From: Candidatus Latescibacterota bacterium
GTDB taxonomy: Bacteria > Latescibacterota > UBA2968
Reading direction: 5' to 3'
Assembly: GCA_038279365.1 (NCBI GenBank)
Contig: JAYODI010000053.1
Location: 1-41,683, forward strand
DNA length: 41,683 nt
In this document: positions 37,924 through 41,683 of the stretch, piece by piece
Numbering within the stretch: the stretch's first letter is position 1
Layout: each line of letters begins with the position of its first letter
Position numbers and translations under genes: made by a program
The notes under the pieces: model-generated
Databases searched by the model: none
What the model was told of the DNA's origin: nothing
Seen by the model: the letters and a program-made list of their open reading frames with translations, nothing else

Positions 37924-38090
37924 AACATCTCCAATTTATGTTTTCGACGGTGTAGAATTTAAAAATTTAACCCAAATCGCGTGGTTTTTCCTTTGACGAA
38001 ATCGCACGAATACCGTAATCATGTACATGTTTATTGGGATGTCAAAGAGAGAGATGTGCGATACCTATCGTATACCATAAGGAGGCAGTG

Positions 38091-38924
38091 GTGACTGAAT
38101 TTCCAAGAACGATGGTGGGGGGCGTGAGTTTGCCCCGTTTGTTGATTGGCACAAACTGGTTTTTGGGTTATTCGCATACGAGCCGTGCCAAGAGCAATTT
38201 TATTAAAGAGTATCAAGATGCCAAACGCATTGCCGATGTCATTGGTGTGTTTATGGAATCGGGCATTGATGCGGTTTTGGCACCGCCTTCTGAGCTGTTG
38301 GAAGAAGGTATTAAGATGGCCGAAGATCAAGCCGGTAAACCCATTATTCGGATTTTGACACCGAGTTTTAATATTTTGCCCGATGGCCCGCCCGAGCGTG
38401 AACCCGAGCGCATGTTGGATTATACCAAATCGTTGGGTGCTACTTTTTGTTTGCCACACCAGTGTGTAACCGATGCTTTGGTTGATCGAATGACAAAGGA
38501 GATTCGGCACTTAGATAAATATACAAAGATGATTCGTGAGCGCGAAATGATTCCTGGGCTGTCCACACACATGCCCGAGTCGGTGATTTATGCCGACCGC
38601 CAAGAAGCCGATGTGGAGACGTATATTCAAATTTATAATGCGGCAGGATTTTTAATGCAGGTGGAGGTAGATTGGATTATGAGGGTGATCCAAAAAGCCG
38701 AAAAGCCAGTGATGACCATTAAGCCTTTGGCTGCGGGTAAGTTGATGCCTATTGTGGGGATGACGTATGTGTGGAATACCATTCGCGACCAAGATATGGT
38801 GGCCATTGGATGCACCACACCAGAAGAGGCCAAAGAGATTGTGGATATGTCGGTTGCTTTGTTGGATCGGCGAGCACCTGAACAAGAGTTGCAAGCCACG
38901 CGCAGTAAGGCGTCGTTGGTGTAG
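38091..38924 (+). CDS. Conserved hypothetical protein, AKR-like TIM barrel
   Basis: AAGGAGG SD before GTG; LPRLLIGTNWF.G.SH, PGLSTH, MTIKPLAAG. Confidence 0.7.
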   Translation: MTEFPRTMVGGVSLPRLLIGTNWFLGYSHTSRAKSNFIKEYQDAKRIADVIGVFMESGIDAVLAPPSELLEEGIKMAEDQAGKPIIRILTPSFNILPDGPPEREPERMLDYTKSLGATFCLPHQCVTDALVDRMTKEIRHLDKYTKMIREREMIPGLSTHMPESVIYADRQEADVETYIQIYNAAGFLMQVEVDWIMRVIQKAEKPVMTIKPLAAGKLMPIVGMTYVWNTIRDQDMVAIGCTTPEEAKEIVDMSVALLDRRAPEQELQATRSKASLV

Positions 38925-38974
38925 AGAGGTTTGGAAAAATATAACAAACCTTGTATGATTTCAGAGGATTACAT

Positions 38975-39009
38975 AAAAAGAGCCGCTCAAGAAACGCGCG
39001 GCTCTTTTT
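38975..39009. terminator. Bidirectional intrinsic terminator
   Basis: A5-GAGCCGC...GCGGCTC-T5 between convergent genes. Confidence 0.8.
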
Positions 39010-39044
39010 GTTGTTTGGACCTTTGAATATTTTGGGTGAACACG

Positions 39045-40067
39045 TTAAATAGCGGCGAGTACTTCTTCAGCTGCCTTGGCCTGTGGTGAATGGGGGTCTC
39101 GTTGGATGGCACGGTTGAGATGCAGTTTGGCATGTTCGTTGCCAGATTTGGCCAGTTCGAGGGCTTCTTTAAAGCCTTTTTCGCTGAAGCTCATGTCTTG
39201 AGGAATGGTGGGAATGGGCAAGTTTTTCCAATAGTATTTCAGGTCGTCCGATTTCCAATTGCGGTAGACGTCTTCCCATTGCAAGTTGCTGAATCCGTGG
39301 AGATGTGGCATTTGCATGTGTTCTGACATGGTGTCTTCAACGGCTTGGTAGCGGTTGTCTAAGGAGACGCGCAGTTTGTCTTCTGTGTAATTGGGTAGGG
39401 CTTTGTGTACGGTGAGTGCCGGGAAGATAAGGGTGTCACCAATTTCGTAGTTGGTGGTGTGCCAATCGATATCGAATTCATCGGTGTCAACGCACAAACT
39501 GCCCGCACCGAGAGAGAATTTGTGATCTAATACGCGGTTGACTTTATGTGACCCTGGCAAGAGGGCAAGGCCGCCTAATTCGATGGGACAATTGCCCACA
39601 GGTGACCACGCGGTGTAGGTGTTAAAGTTGCCTTGAAAGTGGACAAAGTCTTGATGGGTGGGCGTGGTGTGGTCTAAATATTTGGGAAACCACAGGCGCG
39701 CCACTTTGTGCGGGTGGGGAATGGTTGGGCGACCGATGATTTTTTCGACGGTACCCAAAATTTCGGGCCAGTGTGCCGATTCGTGAAACATTTCGAGCTT
39801 ATAGACTTCGTGATACACATCGGTGTACCCAAGGTCGCCTTCGGTGCATTGTTTGGTGACATCGGCAATGCCATCAAAAGGATCTGTCCCCTCAACTAAC
39901 CACGGTTTCATTTTGTGAAGCATTTGCCGACGCAATTCCCAGAGTTTGTCGGGGTTGAGCAGTTGGCGAAAAAAGAGATATCCTTCTTCGGCCATGCGCT
40001 CACGCATGGCTTCGGGTTTGTTGAGGAGGTTGTTGGATTCACGAAGTTCTTTGAGTTGGTTGGTCAT
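39045..40067 (-). CDS. Phytanoyl-CoA dioxygenase (PhyH) family Fe(II)/2OG enzyme
   Basis: EGYLFFR, HQD, GGLALLPGSH, GD...F...TVH, RVSLDNRY. Confidence 0.9.
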   Translation of the reverse strand: MTNQLKELRESNNLLNKPEAMRERMAEEGYLFFRQLLNPDKLWELRRQMLHKMKPWLVEGTDPFDGIADVTKQCTEGDLGYTDVYHEVYKLEMFHESAHWPEILGTVEKIIGRPTIPHPHKVARLWFPKYLDHTTPTHQDFVHFQGNFNTYTAWSPVGNCPIELGGLALLPGSHKVNRVLDHKFSLGAGSLCVDTDEFDIDWHTTNYEIGDTLIFPALTVHKALPNYTEDKLRVSLDNRYQAVEDTMSEHMQMPHLHGFSNLQWEDVYRNWKSDDLKYYWKNLPIPTIPQDMSFSEKGFKEALELAKSGNEHAKLHLNRAIQRDPHSPQAKAAEEVLAAI

Positions 40068-40119
40068 GAAGGTTCTCTTCTTGTTGACGTGTAAAAAATA
40101 TTTAGTAATGAGCTAAATG

Positions 40120-40147
40120 AAGATAAAAAAACTATTTATGCGGTCAA
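40120..40147 (-). promoter_or_regulatory. Possible sigma70-like promoter of the PhyH gene
   Basis: Minus strand TTGACC-N16-TATCTT, just downstream of the preceding terminator. Confidence 0.35.
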
Positions 40148-40188
40148 ATATATTTTCTGAAGTATGTGGTTAAAATTTTAATGACACA

Positions 40189-40222
40189 AGAAAAGCCGAT
40201 CTCACGTGAGATCGGCTTTTCT
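40189..40222 (-). terminator. Perfect 34-bp palindrome, probable terminator
   Basis: AGAAAAGCCGATCTCAC|GTGAGATCGGCTTTTCT. Confidence 0.8.
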
Positions 40223-40296
40223 GTGTCCATATTGCAAGCCAAATCCGAAAATGGTGTTTGGCTTGTGACTTGCAGACCTGTGGCCTGTGACTGCTT

Positions 40297-41619
40297 TTAT
40301 GGTGGGTCAACAGGCACTTTTTGTTTTTTGGGAATGAGGGGATCGTAGGTAAATCCTTTGGTGCCTTTTTTAAATTCTGCACGGGCTTTTTGCATGGTGC
40401 TTTTGTTGAGAATCAGGTCTATGGCCGATCCGGCAAATACTTTGGCGGTTTGCAAGATGGCTCGGTCGGCAAAGGGCATCACGGCTTGTGCAGTGGTGTC
40501 GCGATGGTGGGCTGGGGTGCCTTTGGTATAACAGGCCATTGTGAATCGGCCCATGGGTGCCAGCCATGAGACATTGTCTTCGTCTGTGGAACCCCGACCT
40601 TGTGATCCTTTGCTTTTAGACACGGTTGCATCATATTCACCCTCGTAACCCAATTCTTGTACGCGTTCTTTGTCTTTTTTACTCGCTTTGGGTGGGCCAA
40701 AGAGTTCTAAATTTTGCCGCACGGTTGACCACATGGTGTCGTTGGGTAAACGCGGGTAGACCGCTGTGATGCGATGGGTTTTCATGGTGGTGTCGGTGGC
40801 AATGGCGGCTCCTTCGGCACATTGGGTGAGGCGTTTGCGCAGGTCATCGACGGCTTCGCGGTCTTTGCCACGTACGTAATACCAGACTTTGGCATAAGCG
40901 GGTACCACGTTGGGTGCATCACCGCCATCGCGGATGACGCAGTGGATGCGTGAATTTTCGGGAATGTGTTCGCGCAAATAGTTGGCGGCCACGTCCATGA
41001 GCATCACACCATCTAAGGCACTTCGGCCCATGTGTGCGCTGGCACCGTGGGCTGTTTTACCGAAAAATTCGAAGACGAGGGAATCCATGGAGGAACCGCC
41101 ATAGTTGCCAGCACCAGTGCTTGAGCCAGGGTGCCAAGCCAATACGGCATCGAGGTCCCGAAAGCCCCCATCGCGGGCCATGTAAACTTTGCCTGCGAGG
41201 GTTTCTTCTGCGGGGCACCCGTAATAAACAATTTTGCCAGGCGTGTTCAGTGTTTCAAGAATGTTTTTGGCAGCGACCGCACCTGCGGCCGGGGCAACGC
41301 CCAAGAGGTTATGGCCTCAGCCGTGGCCCCATGTGCCTTCACCTGCCCCACAGTTGGGTAAGGCATCGTATTCGCCCAACATCCCAATGACGGGTTTGCC
41401 TTTGCCATAAGTGGCGCGAAAGGCTGTGGGAATGTTTTTGAATGGGAATTCAATGGTGAAGCCATTTTGCTCCAAATAGCTGGCAAGGGCTTGTGATGAT
41501 TCGTGTTCCTGAAAGGGGCGCTCGGCCCAGTTGTGAATGCGTCGTGAGAGGTCAAAGGCTGTTTTGGCTTGTTCTTGAACCGCTTTTTCGACGCGGTTCT
41601 TTTTGGTTTTTGCGTTCAT
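40297..41619 (-). CDS. M20 amidohydrolase (AbgB-like), 440 aa with in-frame TGA read as probable selenocysteine
   Basis: ORFs 41317-41619 and 40297-41304 are in one frame: GEYDALP...GHG-TGA-GHNLLG, PAEE, AWHP, G..AH, GRSALD, GSTD, PAHH; AGGAGG SD. Confidence 0.85.
41267..41316 (-). promoter_or_regulatory. Candidate bacterial SECIS element
   Basis: GGCCGC-AGGT-GCGGTC hairpin (41290-41275), apical loop 32 nt after the TGA, possible lower stem TTGG/CCAA. Confidence 0.6.
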
Positions 41620-41683
41620 ACACTATCCTCCTAATAGGTGTAATCTGCACCATCTCGGCTGCGTTGACATGAGGCTTCTTGCT

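Noticed and set aside
40297-41619. Pseudogene, two separate genes, or UGA-reassigned genetic code
   Set aside because: The single stop sits exactly at the ligand Cys with a downstream hairpin and no other decay; the second ORF has no SD; TGA is a normal stop for other genes here (moaB, EEP, GNAT, AKR). A nonsense mutation is not fully excluded
1-41683. Numerous antisense and alternate-frame ORFs in the track; rRNA, tRNA, IS or prophage genes
   Set aside because: The shadow ORFs overlap well-supported genes and lack motifs; no tRNA/rRNA, transposase, integrase or phage signature was recognised

Overview
Bacterial chromosomal window (~26 conventional CDSs) dominated by carbohydrate/peptide catabolism and envelope genes: TonB-dependent receptor, moaB, SprA-related protein, transketolase-like enzyme, glycosylasparaginase, amidohydrolases, typA, a zincin and an M1 peptidase, three heparinase II/III-family lyases, a DUF6785-type membrane protein and a PhyH dioxygenase. 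The gene mix suggests an FCB-group lineage such as Latescibacterota (inference only). No rRNA, tRNA, CRISPR array or transposase was seen. Two signals stand out. (1) The M20/AbgB-like amidohydrolase at 40297-41619 has an in-frame TGA exactly at the metal-ligand Cys of GHGCGHN, followed by a SECIS-like hairpin: a candidate selenoprotein hydrolase. (2) The apparently empty 21.4-22.0 kb interval holds a promoter-like sequence and four SD-led minigenes; three encode 6-7 aa peptides ending RPDT-stop with only synonymous differences, and the fourth (MPPGCL) abuts an attenuator-like hairpin ahead of a CBS-domain gene. Also noted: a consensus sigma28 promoter before the SprA-related gene, a symmetric 7+7 inverted octamer array, and a ~290 nt structured intergenic element.
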